The translations under genes and the position numbers were made by a program. Below the pieces are notes generated by a model. The model did no database searches. It was not told where the DNA came from and worked only from the letters and a program-made list of their open reading frames with translations. This document shows positions 36,688 to 47,150 of a DNA stretch of 64,000 nt, in pieces. This stretch comes from Candidatus Kapaibacterium sp. (GTDB lineage: Bacteria; Bacteroidota; Ignavibacteria; OLB7). The first letter of the stretch is position 1, and each line of letters opens with the position of its first letter. Location of the stretch: assembly GCA_035539855.1 (NCBI GenBank), contig DATLHO010000154.1, forward strand, positions 11,833 through 75,832, written 5' to 3'.

Positions 36688-39648
36688 CTAGCGCAGGATG
36701 GTGACGCGGGTCGTTGCGCGCCCACCCGCCGTGCTCAGCACGACGGTGTAGGCGCCGGAAGGAAGATCCCCCACGGCGACAGAATGGCGTCGCGTGCCCG
36801 GCGCCACGTCGGCAAGAGCGTCGGCGCGACGATGACGGCCGAGCGCATCGTAGAGATCGAGCCGCACGTCGCCCGCTCCCACGGGAAGCTCGAGCACGAG
36901 CGGAAGCCGTCCATCGAGAGGCTGGCCGGCGACCGCCACCGAGAGCCGCGCTTCGGCGCCCGTCGCGACGCCGCTGCCGCGATCGACGACGACCTCGAAC
37001 CACTGCGCCGGCGTGCGCGACTGGTCGATGACGAACGAGCCGTCGGCCGCGAGCGCGATCGTGTCGCCCCTCGGCAGGCCGCTCGAGTCCAGCGGCGTGA
37101 TCAGCAGGCGGCCGACGGGCGCGTCGAAGTCGAGCTGAAGGCGAGCGCGCACCGGATCGATGAGCATCGGCGCTGTCCCCCAGCCGAGCACCTCGCTCGA
37201 GTCGCGCCAGCGCAGACCCGTCGGCTCGGTGCGCGAGGTGACGACCAGCAGCGAGCGACCCGCGTCCTCGAGCGTGCGCGTCGAGTCGATCGCGACCCAC
37301 GCGACGGTCGCCGTCTCGGTGCCGGAGAGGACCTCGACGTCGAGCTTCGAGAGCGACACGCCGCTGCTGCGCGCGAGGTGTCCGGAGGCGGCCTGCAGCC
37401 CCGGCGCGTCGATCGAGAGCACGCCCTCGGCCCACTCCCAGCGGATCTGCCGCGTGTCGCTCGATGCCTCGCCGTCGAGCGTGGGCGGAAACGAGATGTC
37501 GCCGGTCTGCGTGAAGTCGGTCGCATCGAGCGAGTCGTGGACGATGCGATTGACCGCCACCGCATAGCCGGGAATCCATGCCGGCGCGGCATGCGGTCCC
37601 CATGCCCAGTAGAAGCGCGGGATCTGCGCGATCTGCCGGCGCGTGTGCCGCAGGCGGATCGTGCCAGTCGCCGGCGCGACGAGCCCGGCGCGGACGATCT
37701 GCGAGATCACCGGAAGCAGCGCGTTGGCGACGGGGTTCTTCGCGAGCTCGTAGTACTCGCCGGCGCCGATCACACGTGACGTGTCGAAGGTGCGATCGTC
37801 GGTCCAGACGTCGAGGATCACCGCGTCGAAGCCCTGGTGCGGCGCATAGGCGGCGAGCAGCAGCAGCGACTCGGCGAGGTAGCGTGTCGGGTGCGGCTGC
37901 GCGAACGTCGCGACGAACGGCTGGCGATCACGCGCGAGCGCGGTGTACGCGTACAGCGTCCCCGCATACGTCTGCCGCAGTTGCGACGCGTTGCCCATGC
38001 GAACGCCGCTGTCGCGCGCTTCGACCCAGTCCCACCCCGACGCAACCGTCGTGAAGTCCATCGTCGACTGGGCGCGGAGGTCCATGACACTCGAAACCGC
38101 GGAGTGGCCCGCACCGGTGATCGGCTGGCGCGCGCCGATCGAGTCTTTGACGAACGAGCGAAGCGCCGTCAGCAGATCGCGGTCGAGGCCCATCAGGAAC
38201 TCGGACTGATCCTCGATGCGGCGCGTCGAGACGAGCAGCGACGCCGGGTTGCCGTAGGGAACGCGACCCACCGTCGCGGTCGCGATCGACTCACCGGGCT
38301 GCAGCCCGGCCGGCTCCACCGCGCGCAGCTCGACGTCGTCGATCGAGATGTCGCCGTCGACGTCGCCGAAGAAGAAGTAGAGCGCCACCGGTCCGTTCAT
38401 CACCTGCGGCGTCAGGAAGGCAGCCTCGTGCGCACCCCACGCATTAGTAATCTGAACGGTCGACTGCAGCCCCGAGAATGCTCCCTCCGTCGTCTCGTAG
38501 CCCACGAGGTAGATGGAGCGACCGGCAGGATTGCTGGCGCGCGCACGAAAGGTGAGACGGTACAGCGTGTTGTACTCGAGCTCGACGTCCTGCCGCAGAT
38601 AGGCCTTGAGGATCTCTCCGCCGGCGTTGCGCACGCGCAGCGTGAGCGCGACCTGGCCGTCGGGAACACTGTCGCTCTGCGTGAGGATCGGCGTGAGCGT
38701 CGGTCCGTCGTAGGCGGCGGCCTCCCAGTGCTGCTGGAAGTCCCCCTCGAAGCTGCCCTCGCGCACGAGATTCGGGAAGCCTCCGGGCGGAGCGCTCACG
38801 CGCCATGCGGCGGCCAGTCCGCTGTCGTCGCCATGCCGCTCGCGAAGGAACGCGGCGAAGAGCGTATCGAGGCGCCGGCTGTGGGCGAAGCCGAACGTGT
38901 ACTCGCCGGCGCGGTGGTCGGTGAAGCCCTGGCGCCAGAGCGGCAGAAGGCCTCCGCGCTCCATCAGCTCGACGAGGGCGATCGCGGGCTCTTCGCGATA
39001 GGCGCGGCCGGTGAACGGGTTGACGTGATCGAGCAGGAGGCGTGCGTGGCGCTTGAGCGCGGCGAGTCCCTGCGGATAGAGCTGCCAGGCGCCGACGCCG
39101 AGCCAGAGCATCGAGTCGACGGGCTGCTCGAAGCCATCGGCCGGCACGGGAGCGCGTGCGGACTGCAGCGTGAGGTAGAGGTAGATGCCGTTGCGGCGGA
39201 GCTGCTCGACGAGCCAGTCGAAGCGTCGCATGCGCTCCGGGTGCAGCGCGAGGAAGCCGGCGTCGGCATCGAGCACCGAGTAGGCCGCGCCCCAGGGGTA
39301 GGACAGATCGAAGTAGCGCACGCGCACGAGGTTGACGCCGAGCTTCGCCAGGCGGGCGGCCATGACGATCGCCTGGGCGCTGTCGGGCGTGCACGCGGTC
39401 CACTCGAGCGTCACGCCGACGAAGCGCGCGGGGGTGCCGTCAGCGAAGCGCAGGCCGCCATCGGGAGTGGCCGCGACGAACCCGTGGGCGCCGGCCGGCG
39501 CGCGGCCGATCTGCGGCAGCGTCACGACCCGCGCAGTGTCCGACAGCGGAACACCGGCGGCAACGCCGCCGGAGATGCCCTGGGCGGCGGCGGGCTCGCG
39601 CTCCAGAATCGGAGCAATGAGCACAAGGAACAATAGGAAGCGACGCAT
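36688..39648 (-). CDS. large secreted T9SS-sorted protein, putative glycoside hydrolase with CBM4/9-like module
   Basis: Start at MRRFLLFLVLIAPIL (signal peptide). TIM-barrel-like N-terminal region, central beta-sandwich segment, C-terminus ...LPSGAYTVVLSTAGGRATTRVTILR. Function is tentative. Confidence 0.4.
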   Translation of the reverse strand: MRRFLLFLVLIAPILEREPAAAQGISGGVAAGVPLSDTARVVTLPQIGRAPAGAHGFVAATPDGGLRFADGTPARFVGVTLEWTACTPDSAQAIVMAARLAKLGVNLVRVRYFDLSYPWGAAYSVLDADAGFLALHPERMRRFDWLVEQLRRNGIYLYLTLQSARAPVPADGFEQPVDSMLWLGVGAWQLYPQGLAALKRHARLLLDHVNPFTGRAYREEPAIALVELMERGGLLPLWRQGFTDHRAGEYTFGFAHSRRLDTLFAAFLRERHGDDSGLAAAWRVSAPPGGFPNLVREGSFEGDFQQHWEAAAYDGPTLTPILTQSDSVPDGQVALTLRVRNAGGEILKAYLRQDVELEYNTLYRLTFRARASNPAGRSIYLVGYETTEGAFSGLQSTVQITNAWGAHEAAFLTPQVMNGPVALYFFFGDVDGDISIDDVELRAVEPAGLQPGESIATATVGRVPYGNPASLLVSTRRIEDQSEFLMGLDRDLLTALRSFVKDSIGARQPITGAGHSAVSSVMDLRAQSTMDFTTVASGWDWVEARDSGVRMGNASQLRQTYAGTLYAYTALARDRQPFVATFAQPHPTRYLAESLLLLAAYAPHQGFDAVILDVWTDDRTFDTSRVIGAGEYYELAKNPVANALLPVISQIVRAGLVAPATGTIRLRHTRRQIAQIPRFYWAWGPHAAPAWIPGYAVAVNRIVHDSLDATDFTQTGDISFPPTLDGEASSDTRQIRWEWAEGVLSIDAPGLQAASGHLARSSGVSLSKLDVEVLSGTETATVAWVAIDSTRTLEDAGRSLLVVTSRTEPTGLRWRDSSEVLGWGTAPMLIDPVRARLQLDFDAPVGRLLITPLDSSGLPRGDTIALAADGSFVIDQSRTPAQWFEVVVDRGSGVATGAEARLSVAVAGQPLDGRLPLVLELPVGAGDVRLDLYDALGRHRRADALADVAPGTRRHSVAVGDLPSGAYTVVLSTAGGRATTRVTILR

Positions 39649-40010
39649 AGAATAGGCTGCCGGAGTGCGTGAAGCGGACGGGGCGGAAGTTACGTGCGTG
39701 GAGTGCGGGCGCAAAGTCGGCGCGACACCTTCTGACGCCGCAGCGGGGGCGTCGCCAGCGAGTCTCACTCGATGGGCCGATGTTCCCGATTCGGCGGTCG
39801 GCACTGCGAGATTAGATTTCTATGGGCTGTCCCAGTCGTAAATGTTGGTCCCGCGTTTCGAGCGAGCTTCCGCCGATCGATCGGCTCACTATATTGGGCC
39901 TTCTGCCTGAAGACCGCACCCCGACGCCGGTCGACGACGACGGCGCGAGGCAGGTCACTCATCGACTCGACGACTGGACTCACCCACTCACTTATACCAG
40001 AAGCACAGTG

Positions 40011-42032
40011 ATGCGAACGACAGTACGGACTCGCGGAGCGCTTGTCGCGACGATCCTGACGACGGCATTGACCGTTGTCGGCTGTGGCGGAGGTGGCGGC
40101 AATGACAAGGCTTCGGGCGCCAAGGGTGGCGCTTCGCAAGCCGTGACGATGCCGAAAACGTTCAATGATCCGCCTGGCGCGGATCCGTCGGTTGCCGACT
40201 CGATGGGTGGCAATGGCTTCGAGAAGCTCGCCGCGGCCCAGGGTTGGTCCACCGGAAACATCGCACCGGACCAGCTCGAGCTGATCGGCGACAAGAACGC
40301 CAAGAAGGGTGGGCAGGTTCGTGTCGCAATCGGCGACTTCCCTGCGACGTTCCGCATCTTCGGCAAGGACGCGGGCACGACGACGAACCAGCGGATCTAC
40401 TCGCTGGTCTATGAAACGCTGATCGGCATCAATCCGATGAACCTGGAGTTCCTTCCGGGACTTGCGACGCACTGGAAGATCGATCCGGTCGACAGCCAGA
40501 CCTACTGGTTCCGCATCAACCCGAACGCGCGCTTCAGCGACGGCCATGCGGTGACGACGGAGGACGTCATCGCGACCTGGAGACTCGGCGACGACGAGAA
40601 GATTCTCGATCCGTTCCAGAACACATTCCAGGCGGAGTTCGACGACCCAGTGGCCGTGTCGAAGTACATCCTGAAGGTCCGTTCGAAGATCAACAACTGG
40701 AAGAACATGCTGTACTTCGGCGGTCAGCAGATCTACCCAGCCCACGTCGTCGGCAAGCTCGGCGGCGAAGAGTTCCTGAAGAAGTTCCAGACGGAGATGC
40801 CGCCGGGAAGTGGTCCCTACGTCATGCTTACTGACGGCCTGCAGAAGCAGAAGTCGATCACGCTTACGAGACGGGCAGACTGGTGGGCGAAGGATGATCC
40901 GCTGGCAGTCGGCCAGTACAACTTCGACAAGATCAAGTTCGTGTACGTCGAGGACGAGAACCTGCAGTTCGAGCGATTCCGCGCGGGCGAGACCGACATC
41001 TATCTCGCCGGCCGTTCGCAGTGGTGGAAGCAGAAGTTCGACTTCGACGAGGTCAAGCGCGGGCTCATCCAGAAGCGGAAGATCTGGAACGACAAGCCCA
41101 ACAGCATCATCGGCCTGGCCTTCAACATGCGTCGCCCGCCCTTCAACGATCCCAAGGTGCGTCAGGCGGTCGTGCTCCTTCTCAACCGCGAGGAGTACAT
41201 CAAGAAGATCCTGCTGAACGAGCGCCTGATGCAGGACTCGTACTTCCCGAACTCGCCGTACGAGAATCCAAACAACCCGAAGTACCGCTACGATCCGGCA
41301 CGGGCGCAGCAGCTGTTGACCGAGGCAGGGTACACGACGCGCAACTCCGAGGGCGTGCTCGTCAAGAACGGCCAGCCGTTCGAGATCGAGGTGCCGATCG
41401 GCCAGGGCGACGAGATCATCATGGGACCCATCCAGCAGGATCTCCGCAAGGCCGGCATCAAGGTCAACTTCCGCACGGTCGACTTCGCACAGAAGATCAA
41501 GCTGCAGGACGAGCGGAACTTCTCGATGGTCCAGGTCGCCTATTCGGGCATCATCTACCCGAATCCCGAGGGCCAGTTCAGCTCGAAGCTTGCCGATAAG
41601 ACGAACAATCAGAACCTGACCGGCTTCAAGAACCCTCGCGTCGATGAGATCATCGCCATCGAGAAGGTCACGGCCGATCCGAAGAAGCGCATCCCTCTGC
41701 TCCAGGAACTCGACAGCATCCTGATGGCGACCAATGCCTATGCGCTGCTCTGGTTCTCGCCGTTCGAGCGGTATGCGGCCTGGTCGTACATCGCCATGCC
41801 GAAGTTCGGCTGGAGCCGGATCGGCGACTATCGCGATGCCTACGTGTACTGGTGGTACGACGCCGACATCAAGAAGCAGGTCGACGAGGCGAAGAAGGAC
41901 AAGTCGATCAAGCTGCCGGTTCCGCCGGTCGACAATCGATTCTGGTTGGATTGGGACAAGCAGCATGGCGCCGGAGCCACGGCAAGCGTGGCGCCTCCGC
42001 TGCGCCGGGACGCCCGGCTGACCGCGCGATAG
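40011..42032 (+). CDS. oppA: ABC transporter substrate-binding lipoprotein, family 5 (oligopeptide OppA/MppA-like)
   Basis: Lipobox VVGCGG. About 670 aa with family-5 substrate-binding motifs. First gene of the operon. Confidence 0.8.
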   Translation: MRTTVRTRGALVATILTTALTVVGCGGGGGNDKASGAKGGASQAVTMPKTFNDPPGADPSVADSMGGNGFEKLAAAQGWSTGNIAPDQLELIGDKNAKKGGQVRVAIGDFPATFRIFGKDAGTTTNQRIYSLVYETLIGINPMNLEFLPGLATHWKIDPVDSQTYWFRINPNARFSDGHAVTTEDVIATWRLGDDEKILDPFQNTFQAEFDDPVAVSKYILKVRSKINNWKNMLYFGGQQIYPAHVVGKLGGEEFLKKFQTEMPPGSGPYVMLTDGLQKQKSITLTRRADWWAKDDPLAVGQYNFDKIKFVYVEDENLQFERFRAGETDIYLAGRSQWWKQKFDFDEVKRGLIQKRKIWNDKPNSIIGLAFNMRRPPFNDPKVRQAVVLLLNREEYIKKILLNERLMQDSYFPNSPYENPNNPKYRYDPARAQQLLTEAGYTTRNSEGVLVKNGQPFEIEVPIGQGDEIIMGPIQQDLRKAGIKVNFRTVDFAQKIKLQDERNFSMVQVAYSGIIYPNPEGQFSSKLADKTNNQNLTGFKNPRVDEIIAIEKVTADPKKRIPLLQELDSILMATNAYALLWFSPFERYAAWSYIAMPKFGWSRIGDYRDAYVYWWYDADIKKQVDEAKKDKSIKLPVPPVDNRFWLDWDKQHGAGATASVAPPLRRDARLTAR

Positions 42033-42246
42033 ACCGCCGTCGTTGACATCGACGGCACCGATCAGTGGCGGGCGCTCCTGACCAGGAGCGCCCGCGCTGT
42101 TTCGACGATTTGCCCGATTGCGTTTTCATACACTTTGGCTCCCACGATGGCGGTTTGAAACTGCCGGGGGCCAACTGTATCTTGACACGGTTTAGACAGT
42201 CCGACCGGGTAGCGGGCCGCTCACCGATCCCCATATCCTCAGCAGA

Positions 42247-43272
42247 ATGTTCAACTACTTCGTTCGCCGATTCCTGCTGATCATCCCGACGTTTCTGGGA
42301 TGTACGATCGTCGTCTTCGCGATCCTGCAGTTCACCCCCGGTGGTCCGTACGAGAACATGCTCCGGCAGGCTCAGACCCGCGTCGCCGAGGGCGGCGCCG
42401 CCGCCGGCGGTCGCGACGTCGGACAGGTGACGATTCCGGAGGAGGCCAAGCTCGAGCTCAAGCGGTACTTCGGTCTCGACAAGCCCATCCACGTCCGGTA
42501 CGTCAACTGGCTCGGCAACATTCTCTCCGGCGATTTCGGCACGTCCTACGTCTATGCCGAGCCGGTGATGGACATCATCACGAGCCGCTTTCCGGTATCG
42601 ATCGCATTCGGTCTGACTGGCTTCCTGCTCTCGTACCTCGTCTGCATACCCCTCGGCATCTTCAAGGCGATCCGGCACGGCTCGGCCTTTGATTTCGTCT
42701 CCTCGACGCTGGTGTTCATCGGGTATGCCATCCCAGGCTGGGCATTGGGCACGCTGATGCTCGCGTTCCTGGCGCGACAGCTCGGGTGGTTCCCTCTTGG
42801 CGAGTTCCGGTCCGAGGACTGGGACATGTTCTCGACCGGCGAGCAGATTCTCGACCAGGCGCATCACATGGTGCTGCCGGTGATCTCCTACATGATCGGC
42901 GGCTTCGCGACGCTGACGATCCTGATGAAGAACTCGCTGATGGAGAACCTCGGACAGGATTACGTTCGCACGGCGTTTGCCAAGGGCCTGTCCGAGAAGC
43001 GCGTGATCTTCGTGCACGCACTGCGCAACTCGATGATCCCGATCGCCACCGGACTCGGCCATGTTCTGAGCTTCATCCTCGCCGGATCGTTCCTCATCGA
43101 GCGCACGTTCAACATCGACGGCATCGGCCTGCTCGGCTTCAAGTCCGCCGTCAACCGTGATTACACCGTTGTGATGGGAATTCTTTCGATCGCGGTCGTG
43201 ATCCAGCTGATCGGGAACATCTTCAGCGACATGCTCTACGCGGTGTTCGACCCGCGCATTCGATTCAAATAG
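42247..43272 (+). CDS. oppB: oligopeptide ABC transporter permease (OppB/DppB-like)
   Basis: 341 aa, 6 TM segments with the EAA-like loop region. Confidence 0.85.
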   Translation: MFNYFVRRFLLIIPTFLGCTIVVFAILQFTPGGPYENMLRQAQTRVAEGGAAAGGRDVGQVTIPEEAKLELKRYFGLDKPIHVRYVNWLGNILSGDFGTSYVYAEPVMDIITSRFPVSIAFGLTGFLLSYLVCIPLGIFKAIRHGSAFDFVSSTLVFIGYAIPGWALGTLMLAFLARQLGWFPLGEFRSEDWDMFSTGEQILDQAHHMVLPVISYMIGGFATLTILMKNSLMENLGQDYVRTAFAKGLSEKRVIFVHALRNSMIPIATGLGHVLSFILAGSFLIERTFNIDGIGLLGFKSAVNRDYTVVMGILSIAVVIQLIGNIFSDMLYAVFDPRIRFK

Positions 43273-43275
43273 ATT

Positions 43276-44613
43276 ATGGCAGATCACGGCTCAGAGAATC
43301 ACCAGATTCCGCGCGACGACGCCCCCCGCGTACAGATCGACGAGCTCGCCGAACAACGCGGCCCGCTCGACGCGCCACAGGAGCTCGCGCACGACGACGT
43401 TCCCCGGCTCGAGGATCGTATGCTCGCCCGGCAGTCGATCGCGCTTCGTCACCTCGTGACAGACGTGGCGGAGCTCGAGGGTCAGGCCGCACCGGCGCTT
43501 CTCGCCGAGGCGACGGGCGCCGCGACGTCGATGCAGCCGGCGAAGCCTGCTCCGTCAGTCTCGATCTTCCGCAAGAGACTGCGCAAGTTCAAGTCGATGA
43601 AGCGAGGCTACTACTCGTTCGTCCTCCTGTCGATCCTCTACCTCGTTTCGTTTCTCCTGCCGATCCTCGTCAACAACAAGGCCGTCGCGATTGGGTACAA
43701 CGGCGAGACCTACTTCCCTGCACTGCTCGACCTTGTCCCGGGCGCATCGTCGTTCTACCCGGGCAGCGAGTTCGGCCAGCCGGGAAATTCCGGCGAGGCC
43801 AACTATCGCGAGCTCGACATTCAGTTCGAGAAGGAGAACGGGGACAACTGGGTGCTGATGCCGCTGTACCCGTGGAGCCCGATTGAGAACGACTTTGGAA
43901 TGGACGCGACCCAGCTTCCGGCGCCACCATCGTCACGACACCTCTTCGGCACCGATGATGTGGGACGTGACGTCTTCTCTCGAATGTGCTACGGCTTCAA
44001 CATTTCGATCTCCTTCGCACTGATTCTCGTCGCCCTCGAGTACATGATCGGCGCGATCATCGGCGGAGTGATGGGGTATTACGGTGGCAAGGTCGATCTG
44101 ATCGCTCAACGCTTCGTCGAGATCTGGGCGAACATCCCGTTCATCTACACGGTGATCATCATCGGCTCAATCGTGATCCCGAGCTTCTCGATGCTCATCT
44201 GGATTCTTGCCGCGTTCCAGTGGATCAGCATCAGCGCGTACATGCGCGGAGAGTTCTATCGGGAGAAGGCGAAGGATTACGTCGCGGCGGCGATCGCTCT
44301 GGGCGCTCGCGATCGACGGATCATCTTCAAGCACATCCTGCCGAACTCGCTGACGCCCCTCATTGCCTTTCTCCCGTTCGCGGTCATCGGTGGCATTACC
44401 GTGCTCGTCTCGCTCGACTTCCTCGGCTTCGGGCTTCCCGTGCCGACGCCGAGCTGGGGACAGATGCTCGATGTCGGCCGGCAGAACCTCGATCGCTGGT
44501 GGCTGATCATCACGCCGCTCTCGGCGCTGTTCCTCACATTGTTGCTCGTCACGTTCATCGGTGAGGCAATCCGCGAGGCGTTCGATCCACGGGTCTATTC
44601 GAGACTCCGTTAA
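43276..44613 (+). CDS. oppC: oligopeptide ABC transporter permease (OppC/YejE-like) with extended N-terminus
   Basis: 445 aa. C-terminal permease core (FGTDDVGRDVFSR...) after a roughly 120-aa N-terminal extension. Confidence 0.8.
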   Translation: MADHGSENHQIPRDDAPRVQIDELAEQRGPLDAPQELAHDDVPRLEDRMLARQSIALRHLVTDVAELEGQAAPALLAEATGAATSMQPAKPAPSVSIFRKRLRKFKSMKRGYYSFVLLSILYLVSFLLPILVNNKAVAIGYNGETYFPALLDLVPGASSFYPGSEFGQPGNSGEANYRELDIQFEKENGDNWVLMPLYPWSPIENDFGMDATQLPAPPSSRHLFGTDDVGRDVFSRMCYGFNISISFALILVALEYMIGAIIGGVMGYYGGKVDLIAQRFVEIWANIPFIYTVIIIGSIVIPSFSMLIWILAAFQWISISAYMRGEFYREKAKDYVAAAIALGARDRRIIFKHILPNSLTPLIAFLPFAVIGGITVLVSLDFLGFGLPVPTPSWGQMLDVGRQNLDRWWLIITPLSALFLTLLLVTFIGEAIREAFDPRVYSRLR

Positions 44614-44665
44614 CCGTCGACTGCGAGACCGGACAGCGCACTCACTCTTCAGCACACTACGTACT

Positions 44666-45700
44666 GTGGCAGATACACTCCTCGAAGTCAGGGACCTGCG
44701 GACGTACTTCAAGACCGAAGGCGCGATCGCGAAGGCGGTCGACGGCGTCTCGTTCGATGTTCACAAGGACGAGGTGATCGGCATCGTCGGCGAGTCCGGC
44801 TCCGGCAAGTCGGTCACGGCCCTTTCGCTGATGCGGTTGATCCCGAATCCGCCCGGCGAGATCGTCGGCGGTTCGATCCGGTTCGACGGTCGTGACGTAC
44901 TTGGCCTCTCGCTCGAGGACATGCGCCGAATGCGCGGCAACGACATCGGCATGATCTTCCAGGAGCCGATGACGTCGCTCAACCCCGTCTACAAGATCGG
45001 GTTCCAGCTGATGGAGCCGATCCTGTGGCACCAGAAGGTGTCGAAGGAACAGGCGTTCGATCGCGCGGTCGAGATGCTCGACCTCGTCGGCATTCCGGAT
45101 CCGAAGAAGCGGATGGACGATTATCCCCATCAGTTCTCCGGCGGTATGCGCCAGCGCGCTATGATCGCGATGGCACTGTCGTGCAACCCCGCGCTGTTGA
45201 TTGCCGATGAGCCGACGACCGCGCTCGACGTGACGATTCAGGCGCAGATCCTCGAGCTCATGCTTCGCCTGAAGGAGCAGCGCAAGGGATCATCGATCAT
45301 TCTGATCACGCACGACCTGGCCGTAGTGGCCGAGACCTGTGAGCGAGTGATCGTCATGTATGGCGGCAAGATTCAGGAGATCGGCACGACTCGACAGATC
45401 TTCAAGAACCCGCTGCACCCGTACACCCAGGGCCTTCTCGACTCCATCCCCCAACCGGTCCGCGGCCATCAGAAGGGCGCCCGCCTGAAGGCGATCAGGG
45501 GGATGGTGCCGAACATTCTCGGCATGCCGCGTGCCTGCAAGTTCAACTCCCGCTGCGACTACGCGATGAAGGTCTGCATGGACGTGGAGCCTGAGCTCGC
45601 CGAGATCGAGCCAGGTCACTTCGTGCGCTGCCATCTCTATCCCGAATCCGTTCCGGCATCGATTCGTCAGCCAGCCGACGCACTTACCCTCGACGCATGA
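44666..45700 (+). CDS. oppD: oligopeptide ABC transporter ATP-binding protein (OppD-like)
   Basis: Walker A GESGSGKS, signature FSGGMRQR, C-terminal oligopeptide-transporter cysteine-rich extension. GTG start ([11 protein letters not shown]). Confidence 0.8.
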   Translation: MADTLLEVRDLRTYFKTEGAIAKAVDGVSFDVHKDEVIGIVGESGSGKSVTALSLMRLIPNPPGEIVGGSIRFDGRDVLGLSLEDMRRMRGNDIGMIFQEPMTSLNPVYKIGFQLMEPILWHQKVSKEQAFDRAVEMLDLVGIPDPKKRMDDYPHQFSGGMRQRAMIAMALSCNPALLIADEPTTALDVTIQAQILELMLRLKEQRKGSSIILITHDLAVVAETCERVIVMYGGKIQEIGTTRQIFKNPLHPYTQGLLDSIPQPVRGHQKGARLKAIRGMVPNILGMPRACKFNSRCDYAMKVCMDVEPELAEIEPGHFVRCHLYPESVPASIRQPADALTLDA

Positions 45701-46734
45701 GCAGCAATCGCATCGTTCTCGAGGTCAAAGACCTCCGCGTTCACTTCCCGATCTTCGGCGGCATCTTCCAGCGCAAGGTCGCGACGGTCAAGGCCGTCGA
45801 CGGCGTTTCGTTCAATGTCTACAAGGGAGAGACCCTCGGAGTCGTCGGCGAGTCGGGCTGCGGCAAGACGACCGTCGGCCGCGCGCTGATCAACATCACG
45901 CGCATCATGTCGCCCGATGCCGAAGTCACCGGCCAGATCCTCTATCATGCGGCCGATGGATCGATCGTCGATCTCGTCAAACTGTCGAAGTCGGAGATGC
46001 GGCCGTACCGTTCGAAGATCCAGATGATCTTTCAGGATCCGTACTCGTCGCTCAATCCGCGCATGACCGTCGCGCAGATCATCGAAGAGCCGCTCACGCT
46101 TCACACGAAGATGTCGAAGGCGGAGATGAAGGAGCGCGTCGGATGGCTTCTCGACAAGGTCGGCATGCGGCCGGAGCAGGCCGCGCGCTATCCCCATGAA
46201 TTCTCCGGCGGCCAGCGTCAGCGCATCGGCATCGCGCGAGCGCTCGCGACCAATCCCGACGTGATCATCTGCGATGAGCCTGTCTCCGCTCTCGACGTCT
46301 CGATCCAGGCCCAGGTCATCAACCTCATGCAGGACCTGCAGGACGAGTTCGGCCTGAGCTTCATCTTCATCGCGCACGACCTCTCGGTCGTCGAGCACAT
46401 TTCGACGCGCATCGCGGTGATGTACCTCGGCCACGTCGTCGAGTATGGTCCGAGCGAGCAGGTGTATTTCGAGCCGCTGCACCCGTACAGCCGCGCGCTT
46501 CTTTCGGCGGTACCCCTCGCCGATCCCGACAGCGGTCGCGCGATGCGCACGTTCCTCGCCGGAGACGTGCCGACGCCGCTGGCGAAGCCCTCGGGCTGCC
46601 CCTTCCGCACGCGCTGCCCGATCGCTCGTCCCGACTGTGCGAGCGACTTCCCGCCGTTCATCGAGAAGCAGCCGGATCAGTGGGTCGCATGCCCGTACAC
46701 GACGCCGGAGGTCAACGCGGCTGTGGCACCGTAA
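45697..46734 (+). CDS. oppF: oligopeptide ABC transporter ATP-binding protein (OppF-like)
   Basis: Walker A GESGCGKT, signature FSGGQRQR. ATGA start overlap with oppD. Confidence 0.85.
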   Translation: MSSNRIVLEVKDLRVHFPIFGGIFQRKVATVKAVDGVSFNVYKGETLGVVGESGCGKTTVGRALINITRIMSPDAEVTGQILYHAADGSIVDLVKLSKSEMRPYRSKIQMIFQDPYSSLNPRMTVAQIIEEPLTLHTKMSKAEMKERVGWLLDKVGMRPEQAARYPHEFSGGQRQRIGIARALATNPDVIICDEPVSALDVSIQAQVINLMQDLQDEFGLSFIFIAHDLSVVEHISTRIAVMYLGHVVEYGPSEQVYFEPLHPYSRALLSAVPLADPDSGRAMRTFLAGDVPTPLAKPSGCPFRTRCPIARPDCASDFPPFIEKQPDQWVACPYTTPEVNAAVAP

Positions 46735-46788
46735 CGATCGGACGACGCGACGCGCGCTGATCGAGCGCCTGGCGCTGCGAGAATTGTG

Positions 46789-46828
46789 AAGAGGGCTCCG
46801 GCATTTGCCGGAGCCCTCTTCTGTTCTG
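46789..46828. terminator. intrinsic terminator AAGAGGGCTCCGGC-ATTT-GCCGGAGCCCTCTT followed by TCTGTTCTG
   Basis: Perfect 14-bp stem plus T-rich tail on the plus strand. Lies between the convergent oppF and a small minus-strand gene, so probably bidirectional. Confidence 0.7.
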
Positions 46829-46859
46829 ACATCGCGCGACGACGGTGCGATCGTCGAGG

Positions 46860-47114
46860 CTAGGGCTTGTTCGAGTCGCCCATTCCCGGAATCATCCCGC
46901 CGAGTCCCTTGAGCATGTCGCCCGCTCCCTCGGCGACGTCGCTGACGTTCGGGAGCTGGTTCACACCGCCGCCCTGAAGGAACCCGTCGAGCTGCTCGGC
47001 GATCGGCGCCGGCAGTTTGTCGCGGACGAAGCCGAGTACGGTATTGACGGCGGAGCGAGCCTGCTCCTCCGAGATCTTGACGTTCTGCGTGACCAGCTTG
47101 ATGAGCTCGTCCAT
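46860..47114 (-). CDS. small conserved hypothetical protein (possibly DUF2267-like)
   Basis: 84 aa. Begins MDELIKLVTQNVKISEEQARSAVNTVLGFVRDKLP and has a Gly/Met-rich tail. Family assignment is tentative. Confidence 0.4.
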   Translation of the reverse strand: MDELIKLVTQNVKISEEQARSAVNTVLGFVRDKLPAPIAEQLDGFLQGGGVNQLPNVSDVAEGAGDMLKGLGGMIPGMGDSNKP

Positions 47115-47150
47115 GGAGGCCTCTGGTAGTGGTTGGTACGACGACGCGAG

